Sequence record: MK250021.1
DNA length: 64,000 nt
Reading direction: 5' to 3' (one strand)
Below, in pieces: positions 63,401 through 64,000 of this stretch. A model generated the notes under the pieces. The model was not told the DNA's origin. It searched no databases and saw only the letters and a list, made by a program, of their open reading frames with translations. The first letter of the stretch is position 1. Every line of letters begins with the position of its first letter. The position numbers and the translations under genes are program-made.

Positions 63401-64000
63401 ATCATCTGTATCTTCTGTATCCGCTTCTGAATCAGTATCTTCATCATCTGAATGATCTTCGCCTGTTGCATCATCTGCTTGTTTTTGCCATTCTTTATAT
63501 TCAGCTTTAATATCATCAAGTTTCTCTTCTGCGTCAGAAATAGCTTTCTCAAGTTTCTCTTTATTTTCATCAGAAGCAGACTCAAGAGCCTTATTAAGTT
63601 TATCAATCATATCTTCATATTTCTCGATAGAATCTTCATATTGATTCTTTGTCTCATTAAGTTTAAGAATGATCTTATCTTGAGATGGAAGCAAATCACT
63701 AAACAATGAAGATACATTAATACCCATATGTTCATTCAACTTATTCTTGCAGAAAATAGGATTTACATTTCTATAGAATGTATGTTGTCCAATAGCATCG
63801 TTATGAGTTGCAATGAAAATATTTTGGTCAAGTCTAAACAAATCCGCATTAATATTATTATTCTCATTAAGAGTTACATGCTTTGCCCAATCAATCTTTG
63901 CGATATTATTAAAGTTCTCCAAAAGGCATGAACACATAATATAGAAGTTTGTATCGTAATCATCATACTTCATGCACATTTCTCTAAGATTACGAAGTGA
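60446..64000 (-). CDS. very large acidic protein, 5' end outside the window (>1184 aa; 3 TAG); candidate head scaffold/core protein
   Basis: Track ORFs 61841..63979, 61202..61711 and 60479..61129 are one frame joined by TAG; open beyond 64000; long D/E-rich region; several LNE/INE sites; near the capsid gene. Confidence 0.8.
62061..62105. repeat. 3 x 15-bp perfect tandem repeat encoding three DSDDE-type units
   Basis: TCTTCATCGTCTGAA x3. Confidence 0.9.

Noticed and set aside
62061-63460. CRISPR array or DGR repeat in the repetitive acidic region
   Set aside because: Repeats are in-frame codon repeats of Asp/Glu/Ser with no spacers; no cas or reverse transcriptase gene is in the window
1353-63931. 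Many short opposite-strand or overlapping track ORFs (e.g. 1353..1604, 2255..2506, 3400..3612, 8717..8923, 23948..24352, 26553..26876, 39805..40002, 46633..46947, 55468..55671, 59101..59469, 61863..62207)
   Set aside because: They are antisense or alternate-frame shadows of well-supported genes, with hydrophobic or low-complexity composition typical of spurious frames in AT-rich DNA
1-64000. Prophage or bacterial chromosome origin suggested by folD, nadR, pnuC and the TBDR
   Set aside because: These genes are interspersed with a T4-like capsid gene, phage-type topoisomerase and TAG-recoded genes; there is no integrase, att site or host housekeeping synteny

Overview
This very AT-rich, densely coded window comes from a large T4-like jumbo or megaphage of a Bacteroidota host. 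It most resembles the Prevotella-infecting Lak phages; that assignment is an inference from the genetic code, base composition, promoter motif and gene content. The supplied standard-code ORF track is fragmented because TAG is a sense codon here (most likely Gln, code 15). Reading through TAG restores full-length genes, including the major capsid protein (54796..56799), a 1328-aa tail/adhesin-like protein (17966..21952), a DUF4407-like membrane protein and a >1180-aa acidic protein running off the right edge. Recognisable genes are both type II topoisomerase subunits, FolD, two paralogous PRTase-fold proteins, a radical SAM enzyme, a complete TonB-dependent receptor, NadR-like plus PnuC, a TROVE/vWA-like (DUF2828-type) protein, three zinc-finger endonucleases and two DNA methyltransferase loci. 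The strongest candidate for an undescribed system is at 42.8-47.6 kb: a four-gene helicase / nuclease / split-methyltransferase locus. Its specificity-bearing C-terminus lies in a ~1.1 kb segment bounded by nested perfect 72-bp and 76-bp inverted repeats and contains a silent, inverted alternative C-terminus, so it looks like a phage-encoded invertible-TRD restriction-modification shufflon. Other notable features: a 1.5 kb ORF-free island of structured, partly tRNA-mimicking RNAs (29.9-31.3 kb); a possible outer membrane-to-NAD+ uptake route; TAG codons clustered in the first codons of late genes; and shared N-terminal leaders ending in (L/I/M)xE that may be capsid-targeting signals. All family assignments come from motif recognition by eye; no database searches were run.
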